Assembly: GCA_016748015.1 (NCBI GenBank)
Contig: JAAOMT010000543.1
Coordinates: 186,001-250,000, forward strand
Direction of reading: 5' to 3'
DNA from: Geosiphon pyriformis uo1
Lineage: Eukaryota > Fungi > Glomeromycota
DNA length: 64,000 nucleotides
The notes under the pieces are model-generated. The model was given only the letters and a program-made list of their open reading frames with translations. It was not told where the DNA came from and did no database searches. Both the position numbers and the translations under genes were made by a program. Below, piece by piece: positions 24,394 to 37,990 of this stretch. Position 1 is the stretch's first letter, and each line of letters starts with the position of its first letter.

Positions 24394-27300
24394 GTGGTCT
24401 GGTGTGGAAAATTGCTACATGTAATGTTCGTGGGTTGAACAATCCTGTAAAGCAAGATGATGTTATTTGTTGGCATAGGAATATGGGCAATTTAGTTTCT
24501 ATTTTTACTAAGTCAAAGCTCAAAGAGAAAGTTTGTTTGTGGTTGGCCAACAAATTTGATGGTGTTCGGGTTTTTACTTCTGGTCTGGATTCTGGTTCTT
24601 CGGGTGCTGGGGTGTTAATCGTCATGAATTCTTCTTTAGCAAAGCATGTCTGCAAGGTTTTTGAGGTGTCTGGTCGACTCCTATCTATCAAGTTGTTGTT
24701 CAGAAATAAACTCTCAGTGTCTATTTTGGGGATCTATGCTGGTGCGTCAGCAGTAACTCAGTTTTTTCAGGCTGGTGAGATCAACTCTCTTATTGCTAAG
24801 ACTGTTAATGAGTCCTTCTTTGTTATTCTTGGTGGTGATTTTAATAAGAATGGTTCACACAGATGTGCCAGTTTCAAGAAATGTTCTGATTTGGGTTTGG
24901 TTAACTCTTTAGGGGGGAGCTTTTTTGTAAAAACACTTACTTGGTGCAATTTTCGAGGTATTACTAAGACTATCGACTATGTGTTTGTTTCTTCTAATTT
25001 GGTTGGTGCGGTGGTGGATCGTGGTGTGGATGGTGTTGAGAAATATTTTGATATTGATCACAAGGCTGTTTATGTTTCTGTGGGACTAGATGGCCTGCTC
25101 AATGTTCAGCTGAACTCAATGCACAAGCAGGCCAATAGGGATTGTTGAAAGTATGATATCAAAAATGCCAGTGAGATTAAGTGGTCAGAATTCAGGAATG
25201 CTATGGCTGCTAATGCTGTTATGTTCTTAGATGAGTTTGTTGTGGCTAAACAGTTTTCCAATCTGGATGCTATGTGGAATATTGTTTGTAAGGTTGTGGT
25301 GCTTTCTGCTGGTGAGACATTCAAGAAAAAATGGTTCAAGGGTTATGATAGTGTTTTTAATAAGATTTCGTCCAGGTTTCATCGTCTGGAGCTGCTGGTG
25401 TCTAAGCTGGTTAGAGATTCTTGCTTGGTTTCTGGTGGGAATTTTGCTTCTTTGTTGGAGACATGGGATAAGCTTGATTCTTCTGGTGCATTGGAGGTGA
25501 AGTCCCTGTTCCTTTCAGGTTCTGGTTTTAATCACATTTGTTCTGTGCTGGCCAAAGCAAGAAAGTTGTACCATGCTTCTAAGTTGTTGGAATCCAGACG
25601 AGCTGAGGATTCTTCGATCAAGCAGGCTATTAATAAGAGAATAGAGAGTTTTGAACCAGACAAAGATCACACTATTAGGAGTGTTTTGGAGTGTCCCTTT
25701 CACAAGGTGGTCTTAGATCATCTGGTTGTGGAAGATGAGTTGGTTTTGGAGCCTGAATCTGTCAAATTAAAGGTAGATGAAATCATGGAAGGTTGGATTA
25801 GGAAGCATCAGGTGATTGATGATGTCTCAGATAATTGGCGCCTCCAATATTGGCCGTTGGAGTATGTTTTTGATGGAGCTTTTTCTGGTGTCATGTGTTT
25901 GATTGAGCATGATGAATTCTTTGGGGTGGTTTCTGATTTTCCGGATAGTAAAGTGGCTGGTTTGTCGGATATTTTAAATGAGCTCTGGAAACATTGTGAT
26001 AGGTTGGTTCTAGATTTTTTGTTGGTGCTCTTGAACTCTTGTTTGTCTAGTGAATTAGTGCCAGCCCTTAAAAGGAAGCATGAGTCTCAATGATTCCCAA
26101 ATCTTATGAGTGGAAAGGTGTTTTGACGAACACACGTCCTATTGCCTTAATCAAAACGGCTCACAAGATTCTCTCCAAGATCCTCTCTAACAGGATTTCT
26201 TTGGTATGCAGTACTTTTGACATGCTTCAGGGAGACAATTTTTTGGTTCTTAAAGGCACATCAATACAGTCTCCTATTTTTGCAGTTGGTTCAGTGGTCG
26301 AGGATGCTTTGGAAAAAAACAGGGAGCTCTGGCTGGTTCTACAGGACATGCGAAAGGTGTATGACTCAGTTGGCTGGGAGCATTTCGAGAAGAGTTTGGT
26401 CAAAGTTAAGATGTGTAGCAAATTTATTCGGTTTTTTAGTGGTATTTATGGGGATCGTATCAACTGAGTCATGACTGATTTTGGATTGACTAGTGGTTAT
26501 CGTGTACACGATGGTTTGGACCAGGGAAAGGTCTTTTCTCCTCTTCTCTGGTGCATATTTTATGATCCTCTTTTGTGTGAAGTCAAAAGACAGGAGAGTA
26601 TATGTGGGTATAGGTTGAATTCTTACTTTGTTTCCAAGAATGGTCGTTCCGAACCCCAGGCCAGGTTTTCTTCTTTTTTTGCCACTGGTGCTTTTATTGA
26701 TGATATGATTTGGGTTGGCAGCAGTCAGATGGCTACTCAACATATTCTCAATGTTGCTAGTGAATTTTTTCATGTCAATAACATCTCTATTAATAATGAC
26801 AAAATGGTAGCCATTCCCATCAATAGCAGAATTAGCAATCCCTCTCTTTCTATCAGCAGTTTGCCCATTTCTATTGCCAAAAAGGGAGAATCTCACCGAT
26901 ATCTGGGCATTTTCATATTAACTGAGGGTCTTTTGAAGCCTAGCTTGGTTAAGGTGCATTCGGACGTTCGCTTTTTCACCAATCTGGTATTGAAGAAGGC
27001 AGTTTCAGATAAGCAGTTCTTGTATTTAGTGTCAGCAGTTCTGTTTTTAATAGTCAGCTATAGAACTCAGTTCAGTTTTATTCTTGTTGGCATGTGCAAC
27101 AAGTGGGATGCTCTGATTTGTAAAGGCTTGAAGCTTAAGTCTGGTTTGCCACTTGATTTCCCTAATGATGCAATTTATCACTCTTCATTTTATGGTTTAA
27201 AGTCATTTTTTCAAGTTCAATCTGAAAGCAAGGTTGCTTCCCTTATCAGTTTTGCGAACTCTGGTGGTATCTTGGGTTGTTTGTTTTCTCACAGGTCTCA

Positions 27301-29077
27301 TAACTTGCAAGTTCTGTGTTGGTGTCCTGTTCATCTGTTAAGTTCTCCTGTTTGTATTCATGTCAGTGCATTTAATAACTTTTTGGCAGACATGGTTCGT
27401 GTTCTTCTCGATTGCAGTGTGTCTCTGGGTGGCTCTTTAGTTAGTTCCTTTTAATCTTATGGTGGAGTGCCTATGTCTAAGGTTCTGGGTGAGTTAAGGT
27501 TTTTCAGGTTTCTCCCTTTTCTTTAATGGTATAGTATTGCCTTTGTGGATCAACTTCGTGACCATTATAGTGCTGTCTTTAATTGGTACACTTTCAAGAG
27601 GTGGAAGAAATTGGACTCCTGTGGCCCAGTTCCTGAGTGGTTCAAGCTTTCTGTTTTGTTTCTCAATAGTATGGGATCTTTTCACACTCAGTCTTTAGTT
27701 TTGGGTAATAGTGAGCCTTTGAACATTCTTGAGTCTGGTAATTTTGCATCTGTTTGTGATCGTCTCTTGGCAACCAGTGCTAGCAGCCTATTAGTATATA
27801 CGGATGGGTCCCTTAGTAATCTAGGCACAGTTGGCTGTAGAGCTGGTGCTGCTGTTTTTTTTGAAGACATTGGTTTGGGTTTGGGTGTTAGTGTATCAGG
27901 TTTGATGTTGTCTACTTTGGTGGAATTGCAGGCCATTGCCTTGGCTATGGAGTGTGTTCCCTCATCAAGCTCTGTTTGTTTGTTCTTGGATAGTCAATCG
28001 GCTCTGAATGCTTGCAGGTCAGAGTTGAGTCTGGTGTATCCCGATTATCGTAATCAGTGTTAGGTCGAACATCATCATATTGTCAACATGATTTGCAGTA
28101 AGAAGTTGAGGGTTAGCTTTCACAAAGTAAAAAGTCATTCTGGTGTTTCGGGAAATGAGCGTGCTGACGTGATTGTTGGTGCTGCTTCTCTCTCCAGTTG
28201 GTATCTTCTTCCTCGCTTGAGTGAGCATTTCTTGTTAGCTAATGGTGGTATTGTTTCTGGAAATTTGAGACATTTTGTACATAATATTTATCGTTCTATT
28301 TGTCGTGCACAGTGGGAGGTTGGTTTTGGTTCTGGGGTTTTGGTGGGCAGCTTGTTTTCTGAGATTGATTGGCCCTGCTCATCATTGGTATGGCATCCTG
28401 ATTTGCACATGACAGCAGATTTTACCAGTAGGTCTACGTCCAGTGTGCATACTTACTTTATGAAATCTTTACACCATTGGCTGTCAGTTGCTGTTTGAAA
28501 GCACCTTTATGATAGACGTTATCCTAGTGTGTTGTGCTTGTATTGTGGTGAGGTGGAGGTGTCGGATCATGTGTTCTCTTGCAAGGTTGACAGGTCTGTT
28601 AGATGTCAGTTGTTGGAGTCTTATGTAGAATCCTGGAAGGCGATTTCTGGTTCCTCTCATTCTTCCTTGGGTATATTGCAGCTGTTATTATCCAGTGTTT
28701 CTGATTCTTCTGTGTCCATGGCTTTTTTTAAGGGCTTTGTTTTCAATGATTGGTTTTGCGAGGCTGTTTCCGTCTTTCATGACTCCAAAATTGCTGTTTT
28801 GGAAATTGTCAAGTTTGTGTGCTCTCTTGGTCTTGCTTTTAAGGAGAAAATCTGGTCAGTCTGTGCAAAGCATCGTGCATATATGAAAAAGAATAGACTG
28901 ATTCCACTTGATGGTTTGGCCAGCATCTCGGTTCATGGTTTGGCTTCAAGGTTCTCTGCAGGGGTAGTTAGGTTACTTGGTATCACTAATGCTTTAGGTG
29001 TTTATTTTGGTTTTTGCAAATCTTGCTTGTTCTTTTCAGATATAAGTAATTTGGTGTCAGTTCATATAGCTGCATAG
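24390..29077 (+). pseudogene. LINE ORF2: AP endonuclease - reverse transcriptase - RNase H - CCHC, with several stops and one frameshift (~26065)
   Basis: APE motifs TCNVRGLN, GGDFN, IDYVF and DH. RT motifs RPIAL, DMRKVYDSV, DQG..SPLL and FIDD. RNase H motifs VYTDGS, ELQAI, DSQ and HSG..GNERAD. C-terminal CLYC...DHVFSC. Confidence 0.93.
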
Positions 29078-31401
29078 TGTTGTTCTAATCAGCCTGAGTG
29101 GCTGGTCACGTGTAGATAGTGCATGATTCATGCCTAGTTTAGATCAATTCCTTGATGTATAGTGCTAAGTTGTGTTTGGACCTCACTCGTTAAATAATTA
29201 AAAAAAAAATTTTTATTCTAATAAATAAGTTGATTTAAAAGTTTGCTACTTGTAATATTAAAGATATAAATAATTTTGTTAAACAAAAAAATATTGTTTA
29301 TTGGTATTTAAATTTTGGTAATATGAACTTAATTATTATAGAAATTAAATTAAGCTTTAATATTTGATCATAGATTATAAATAAATTTAATAAAATTTGG
29401 ATTTTTATATTAGATATGAATTAAAAATATTGTGATATTAACATAGCTGATATTTTAAACACTTTTTTGGTTTATCATATTTTAAAAATAGAGAAAATTC
29501 TGGGCCAAATTATTTTAATTTATTTTTTATTTAAAAATAAGCTTTTGGTTACAATTTTAGATTTATATCCTGATATTTTTACTAAGACCAGATTTGTTTA
29601 AGCTGTAAAGATTAATTTATTTAGTAAGCATTTCTTAATTAAAATGTTTACTTAGAGCAATTTTTAAAAGGCTAAAAAAGTTATTAATTTTGTTTTTGTA
29701 AACAAAAATTTGTCATCTTTAGTTGCAAATTATAAGGTCAGCTTTATGTTTAAATTTTTTAATACTGATTATAGAATAGTTGTAGTTTTAGTTAGATTGA
29801 ATGGTTTTTTAAATATTTATTTGAATAGTATTTGCAAATAGATAAATGAAAATTGTTAAAAATTTAAGATTAAAAATACAGATAATGCCAAATAAGTACA
29901 CTTTAAAAAATGCTGTTTTGTTAAACTTTCAATTATAATAAGTGAGTTTGAAAATGCAAAAAATAATTGAAATTTAAATAAGATATAAAAGTTGTTAAGA
30001 AAAGTAATAATAAATTCTGTTGATATAGTGTTTTTTAGAAGTTGATTTAATGTATTTAAATGTTTAAAAAACAAACAGTTTTCGAAATTCTTTGGTTTGA
30101 AATTGCTAGTTTTTAAAATAATAATAAAATTGGATTTAAGTAATAAGTTTAAATCTGATCTTTTTTTTAAGCTTGATTAATTATAGATAATAAGAAGATC
30201 TTAGATATTAGCAAATTAGTGCAAAATAGTGTTGTTGTAATAAATATTATCAAATATTTATTATTAATAAAAAAAATACAAAAAATATAAATACTTTAAG
30301 TTTAAAGTAATTAAAAATATATTTATTAAAAGAACAATTAATAAGCATATGAAAAATTTTTGCTTTAATAAGAAATATATAATAAGAAGTATTTTAAAAA
30401 AACTATTTTACAAAATAATGTTAAATTATTTAATATTAAAAGAAAAGTTGGTTCTAAATTCAAAGAAAATAAAATCTAAAATCAATAAGATTATAAAAAA
30501 ATAGATAAAAAAATAAAAGATGTCTTTGGTGTTTTCTGATTTATGGTTTTGTTAATATGTATTTTTAAATTATATAAGAGATAATGTTTTTTTAATTTAA
30601 TAAATAAAGTTAATATAGAAAATTTGATTATAGTAATTAAAGCTTTGCTTAATAACAAAGTTACTAGTTTCTTTAATATTTCAATAAACTTTGAAAATAC
30701 TATAATAAAATAATTAATCAGTGTTTTTTAAATCTATTAAATTCTGGTCTAACTTTTGGTAATATTTTAACTTTGTAAAAAAAAGTATGAATTTCAATAA
30801 TTTTTAAACCTTACAAATAAGATAATATTTTAATTAACATTTAGTCTATTGTATTTATTAAAACAGCCAAAAAAATTTTATCCAAAATTCTGATAGATAG
30901 AATTTTTTTTGTATATAGTAAATTTGATCTCTGTAAAGATAATTTTTTGGTTTTAAAAGATACTTCAATTTAATTTTTTGTATTTGCTATTGGCTTAATA
31001 GTAGAAGATACTTTGAAAAAAAACCAAAAGCTCTGGCTTATATTGTGAAACATACACAAAGTTTATAATTTAGTTAGATAATTTTACTTAAAAACTAGTT
31101 TAAAATACATTAAAATGTGTGACTGGTTTATAAATTTTTTTGGAATTAATAAAGTTATAACAAATTTTGGGCTTTTAAATAAGTACAGAATATATAATAG
31201 ACAAAATATAATAAAATTTTCTTATTACTTCTTTGGAAAATTTTTTATAATTTCTTAGTATATAAAATTAAAAAGCAGAATTATTTGTGTAGATATTAAA
31301 TTAACTTCAATTTTGTAACAAAAACTAACAAAATAAAGATTAATAAAAAAAAATTTTTTTTTTACAACTAATGTTTTTATTAATATTATGATTTAGATTA
31401 G

Positions 31402-32363
31402 TGTTATTAAAAGCTTTTGGTTTCTTTTTTTGAATGTTATTAATATTATTTTGCTGTTAATTTTTTATTATTAAAAGCTGTTGAACTTTTAATAACTGAA
31501 TTTATCTTCAAATTATCTTCTATAATTTGAATTATTAAGTTTATAAGTAAAATAGTCAATTTTGTGTTAATTATTTATATAGTTACTTTGCAGTAAAAGC
31601 GCACTAAAAATGTGTAATTACTTTGCTGTAAAACTTAATTTTTTACAGAAATCTCATTTGTAAACTATTTTAATATATATATTAAGAAAAAAAATGAAAA
31701 TAAAAAAAAATTAAAAAAAAAACTTTGTTTAAAGAAATTGTTTTCTGTTTAGATCTGGTGTTACTAACAAATTACTAAAATTAATAACTAATTAATTTCA
31801 AAATATTAATTGAGATTTAAAAAAATTTTATGTAAAATAATTATAAATTTGTTTGTTTTCAATGTAATTTCTATTCAAGTAATTTATATAAATATTAAAA
31901 AAAATATGTTTTAGTAAATATAAATTTTAATTAAGATAAGTTTTAACTAAAATACAATTTTTTGAAAAGAAAAGCTTTTTTTTTATACAATTTGTTATAA
32001 TATTATTCTTTGTTCTAGCATTTTTTTTTCTTAATATTTTGGTAAATTAAAGATATATTTTAGTAAACTATAAGTTATTTTTGTAAACTATAGATTATTT
32101 AAGCAAACTGTTAAATATTTTATTAAATTATTAAATATTTTAACAAATTTTAAATGTTATATAGTTTGACATATTACATAATTTAATTATTAAATTTAGT
32201 TATTTTTGTGTTTTATATAATTTAGATTATTAATTGAATAGTAATTTGAATAATTTAATAAGATAATAAGTAATAAATTAAAATGATAATATATACTACT
32301 TAATAATAAGAATTATAAAGATAATTTTATGCTAAATAATATCTTAATTTTTTATTGGTAACA
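31402..32363 (-). repeat. 3' LTR of Gypsy A
   Basis: TGTTATT...GGTAACA; direct repeat of 42797-43790. Confidence 0.88.
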
Positions 32364-33400
32364 TAATTTTTTTCTTAAAACTAAAATCTGTTAAAGTTCA
32401 AATATTATCTATAATTTCTAGATAGTAGTTTAAAATTATTAATATAATTTGTTCTGAAAATTATTAAAATTTTAATTTAGTAAGCTTTTTTATATATTGA
32501 ATTTTTAATGATTAAAGTATTGAATTTTGTAGAATATTTTTACAAGTGTTAAATAATTTATAGAGTTTAAAAGCTACTTTAAGTTTATAATAAATGTTTA
32601 TTAGTCCAATTATTGTCTTAAATTTGTTGTAAATTTGTTTTTATATTATTTTAGGAGTAAGATTTGTTGTTTCAAGCTCTAATTTTTGTTTGTGAAATGT
32701 TTTTCTAATGTAAAATATTGATAAATAAAAATATAATTATTGTTTTATTTATTAAAATACAGTTGAAATTTTTGTTAAATTGTAATATTTGGTAAAATAT
32801 TAATAAGAGTAAATAAAACGTTTTTTTTAGAGCTTACTTTAAAAGTTCTGGTAAATAACTTTTAAAATAACTTTTTGTTTTTTTATTTGTTTATTACTGA
32901 GGCTGTAATTTTTTTTTACATATAATTAATTTAATTTTTATTTATTATTATAAATAAGTTAAAAAGTATTTTTAATACTATTATTAATTTTTAAGACAAT
33001 TTTTAAATGTTTTGAAGAATAATTATGATAAACTAATAAAATATTGAAAAAAAAATAAAGAAAAATATTTTTGGTATAAAGACTTTATATATTTTTGATT
33101 TGATTATTTTTTGAAATTATGTATTATTTTTGTTTATTGTTTATTGTTTATATTATTATTAAAAAAAATTATTATAATAATATAAGTTAAATATTCAGAT
33201 TTGATTGTTGTTTTATTATAATTATTGATTTTAAATTTTAGAAAATGTCTTTAAAATTAATTAAAAAAAATTGTATATTAATTTTACAAATTAATAATTC
33301 AAGATTGTTTTTAAAGTAATAATATTTAAAATAATTTTTATATATAATTTTTAACTTATATAATCTATTATTTAAAATTTTATAAATATAAAATAGTCTA

Positions 33401-34811
33401 TTTTTTTTTTATTCATTTAATGAGTAAAGCCCACATACTACCTAGTATAATACATCAACTAAAATGATCTAAACTAGGCATAAATCATGTATTTTCTACA
33501 TATGACCAGCCATTTGAACCAATTAGGACAACACTAAGCATCTATGTTAACTGAAACATGGTTATCAATATTAGAAAAAAACAAACTAGGCTTGTAAAGC
33601 CCAAAACAAACACCAAACGCATTAGTAATACCAAGCAACTTAATCATCCCAGTAGAGAAAACCAAAGACAGCCCAACAATTGAAATAGGAACCAAACTAT
33701 TTTGTGAAATCAAGCCATTTTTTTCCATAAAAGCATAATGTCTTACATGAACCAACCAAACCTCATCCCTAAAAGCAAGACAGAATGTGTGCAAAAAGTT
33801 CACAATCTTTAATCTAGTAATCTTGAAGTCTCCGAAAACCAATAATGCCTCATAAACCCAACCATCAATCACAAAACTCTTGCAAAGAGCAGTATACACG
33901 TCAACATTAGGAGCACAGAAAGACATCAACTAAAACACACAAGAAGATAGGCGAAAAAAACCAGACAGCACCCTCCAAGCTTCCGTGTAAGTGCTCAAAA
34001 GATGGAAATGAGCAGAGTTATCAGCAGCACATGAAAAAACGTGGTCTGACACTTCAACCTTACCATAATATAGGCAAACCACACTGGAGTAAAGCTGGCT
34101 GTAAAATTGCTTTTAGACTACTACAGGCAGCTGATGGTACAAAGCCTTCATAAAATAAGTATGAGTGCCAAATGAGAGCTTGCTGATAAAACCAGCAGCA
34201 TATGTGAATCAGGGTGCCAAACAGAAGATGAACTGCACTAGTTAACATCAGTAAGCAGGCTATCTGCAAGAATTTTAGAACCACACCCGATCTCCGACTG
34301 TACATAACATATTGACCAAAAAATATCACAAACAAAATGCCTTAAATTGCAGAAAACCACTTTACCATCAGCCAAAATATATTGATCCATAAAACAAGAA
34401 GGAAGTTGCCAGACAGAAAAAGATATAGCATTGGCAAGTACATCAGCATGCTCATTCCCCAAAATGCTTGAGTAACCTTTAACTTTGCATCAGTTGACAT
34501 TCAAATTCTTATTATGAATAATCCCTGAAATATAGTGACACTTAATCCAACATCGGTTACAAAAATCCGGATATACCAGATTCACCTCTGATTTGCAAGC
34601 ATCCAAAGCAGCTTGACTGTCCATAAACAAATTAATGGAGCTATAAAGAGGAACACACTCAAGAGCCAATGCAATAGCTTGCAATTCGGCCAAAATAGAT
34701 GACACCAAACCAGAAACACCCATCCCCAAACCCAAATTAATGTCCTCAAAAAACACAGCAGCACTAGTCTTACAACTAGTTAAGCCCAAGTCTTGAAAAA
34801 AGCCATCTGTA
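33401..34811 (-). mobile_element. 5'-truncated LINE (RNase H + C-terminus + 3' UTR + poly(A)) inserted in the Gypsy A integrase C-terminal region
   Basis: ORFs 34490..34789, 34238..34462 and 33534..33929 match ORF2. Poly(T) at 33401-33410, and a short flanking duplication (TCTATT). Confidence 0.88.
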
Positions 34812-37539
34812 TCTATTTTATTTATGTTTAAATTTTCTATTTCATTGTTTTTTAGTCTTAGTTTTATGTAAAAAAAACTTTATTTTTAATTTTAAATTTG
34901 TTGATAATTTGTAATAATTTGTTGTTATGTTATTTTTTTTGTTAGACTTAAAAGTATTCAATATAAATGATTGTAATTTATTCTTTTTTTTTTAGTGTGC
35001 TTAAATAAGTGTAGACTCTTTTTTAAAATATTTTTTAAATATTTTTTTTTGTAATTAATTGTATTGAGTATGTTTTTATAGTAAAATTAATTAGTAATAT
35101 TACATTTTTTTTATAAGTTAAGTCAAATAATATGTGTTTTGTAGTGTTTTGTTTTAGTGTTTTGTATATTAATAACATTAATAAAATAAAAATATTTTAT
35201 TTCTGTTTAAAATTAATTGAAATTTTAACTAATAATTTATATAATATTTGGTTAAATTATTCTATAAATCAATTTGTTTATAAATAATAAGATAATAAGA
35301 ATAGTCTTTTAATATTAAATTGGTTGCAAATTTTTTGTATCAAGTTGTTTACAAAATATGTTTCTTGACTAAATAAAAGTTTAATTGAACATTTATATCT
35401 ACAAATAATGTTTTTATAAATAAAATTTGCTATTGATTTTGCATTTGCTTTTTAAATAGCTTTAGCTTTAGGTTATTTAGTAAGATAATTTACTATTACT
35501 GTAATATAACAGTTTTTTTTTAGTTGTAATAAATAATGATCTGACTAAATTAATCTCAATTTTGATTAGATTTAAAGATTTAGTAAAACAAATTTCTTTT
35601 TTTTTTGACAACTATTACAAGATTTTATGTATTATTAGATGTTTTTTTATATATAAAGCCAAAAATAATGTTCAAGTGTTCTTTAAATTGTTTTATTTCT
35701 TCTTAAATATGCTGGAAAAAAATCTGAATACATATTATATAGTTTTTTTTGTTTTTTTGTATTAATCTAAATAAATTAGTTGAGTTTTTGCAATTTTAAT
35801 AGTAAATTTTGTTATAATATAGAAAATATTTGTTTTAAAATATGTTGTAATTGGTGTTTTTTATCTGATAACAAGTTTTTTAATATTGTAAAAGTCTTTA
35901 AATGGTTTTTAATATTGTTATAACTTTTAAAATCTATTGTTGTTTGTTTGCTGTTTTTGTTAATTAATAATGTGTTATTAGTATTTTTAATTTAATCTTG
36001 TTTTATATTTGAAAAACTATTAATATTGGTGTATAATTTTTCTGGTTTGTAATATACAGTAAATTTGTAATTAGTAAGAAAATCAGTTCATCAGAATTGC
36101 TTTGTATTGAATTTAAAACTTTTTTTGTTAAATTATTTAAAGCCAATATTATCTATTATAAGATCTATTTTAAAAGTATTATCAAAAATGTTTAAAACCC
36201 CAAATAATAATTGTAATTTCTAATTTTATTGAGCCACATTTGAGTTTTGTTAACTTGAATATTCTGTTAGCATAAATAATAATTCACTTATTGTTTTGGT
36301 TATCTAATCGTAATAAGATAATATTAAATACTATATAAAAAATATTAATAGCTAACTGGAACTATTTATTAAAGTCTAAATACACAAAAATCGAAACTGA
36401 TATTAATTTTTCTTTCAAAATATCGAATGTTTTTTGTTAAATTAAAGTTTATTGGTATTTTATATCCTTATTAGTCGAATAGTTGAGAAATTTGGCAATT
36501 TCAGAAAAATTTTTGATGAATTTTCGATAATAAAAGACTAATCTGATAAATTTTCTTAATTTTGTGGTGTTTTAGAAAACTTTAAAATTTTATATAGCAT
36601 TGATTTTTTTTAGGTTTGGTTTAACTTTATTTTTGCTAATTATGTGACCAAAAAAAACCAAATTTGTTTTTCCAAAGTAACATTTTGCAATGTTTAATTT
36701 TAATCTTGCTTTTTATAATTGTTGAAAAACTTCTTATAAATAAAACACATAATATTGAATTCCTAGTTTTTTTTGTATTGTAAAAACTATTTTCAAACAA
36801 TAGTTAACACAAAATCTGATTTTTCTGTTTTTTTTTTTAATAAGAACAACTAATAAAGCCCAAAAACTTTATAATTATTAATTAAAATTATTGTGGTGCA
36901 TTTATTGAACTTTTTTTTTAATAAATTAATAATTGGCAAGTAAGACTTGATATGTTTGTTGGTGTTTTGAAGAAGCATTTTTTATATGAATTTGATGTTT
37001 AATAACATCAATTTTTTTTAATTATTATTGTTTTTTGCAAATATATTAGCATATTTAACAATAAGCTGTTTGAATTGTCTTTGCTATTGAAATTTCAAAA
37101 GATTTATGTTGATTTTTATTAGTTTTTTTTTAATAAAATGATAGTTTTCTGTGGTAGAAAAAATATTTCAATTTGAAAAAAAACCATGTTTTACAATTTC
37201 AATGAAATTTAAAACAATTTAAGAAGTTTTTTCTTAAAAAATATTGCTATATATTATTCTAATTTCTAATTTATTTTATAAAATAATGAAATAGTTATTA
37301 GAATTATAGAATGTAATTGTAAACTTTTTCATTTTTTTAGGCAAATAAATATTAAGAATTAAAATATTATGTTTTTTGTAAATTTGTTTATTGAATTCAA
37401 AATTTTGTTGAATAGTAATGAGTTTTGGACAAATGTAAATTTCTTGATGTTCTTTAAAGAATAAAATAATAATTGATTGGAGAAGTCAAAAAATCTTATA
37501 AGGTTTTTTTTGTATATTAAGAGCTATATTAACTAAAAC

Positions 37540-37990
37540 TGTAAATTGTTCAGTTGAACCAAAATCTTGTGTTTCATTTTTATTTTTTTCTAATTGTTTT
37601 TTATTGTTTACAAATTGTAAACTCGAAATGTTGATTTGGGGTAAATAAATAACTTGGACAATCTTTTTAGTATGTTTAATCTTAAAAAACTTTTTAGTCT
37701 TATTTTATAACATATAAAAATATTTTCAGTATATTCTGTATTAATAATTTTTTTTTAATATTGATTTTTTTGTTTGCTAATAATAATTAAAAAGTAATTT
37801 AAACTATTGCTTTTAGTAGTATTTTAAAGGCGATTTTGAAATTGATTTTTGTTAGTAATTTTAATTGGAAAACCAAAGTGTCCTTGTTAAAATATTGTAA
37901 ATTATATTCTGTATTAATTTTATGAGCTTTTTTTGTCTATTGTTATTAAAGTATTTGAATTATACTGTTGGCTAATTTTTAAGAAAGTAG
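37540..37990 (-). pseudogene. dUTPase domain remnant in Gypsy A pol
   Basis: Minus strand reads KAHKINTEYNL...IINTEYTENI...KIVQVIYLP...ETQDFGSTEQ, a transition-decayed form of motifs AGYDL, GxIDxxYxG, IAQ and RGxxGFGSTG. Confidence 0.7.

Larger units (their letters stand above)
22425..29208 (+). mobile_element. Full-length (~6.8 kb), least-decayed LINE
   Basis: Exact 13-bp TSD ATTTTTATTCTAA at 22412-22424 and 29209-29221, a poly(A) tail and two ORFs. It is inserted at the ORF1/ORF2 junction of the older LINE. Confidence 0.95.

Noticed and set aside
22594-29077. In-frame stops as stop-codon reassignment or programmed readthrough
   Set aside because: All three stop types occur at inferred W, R and Q positions, they differ between copies, and the host genes use the standard code.
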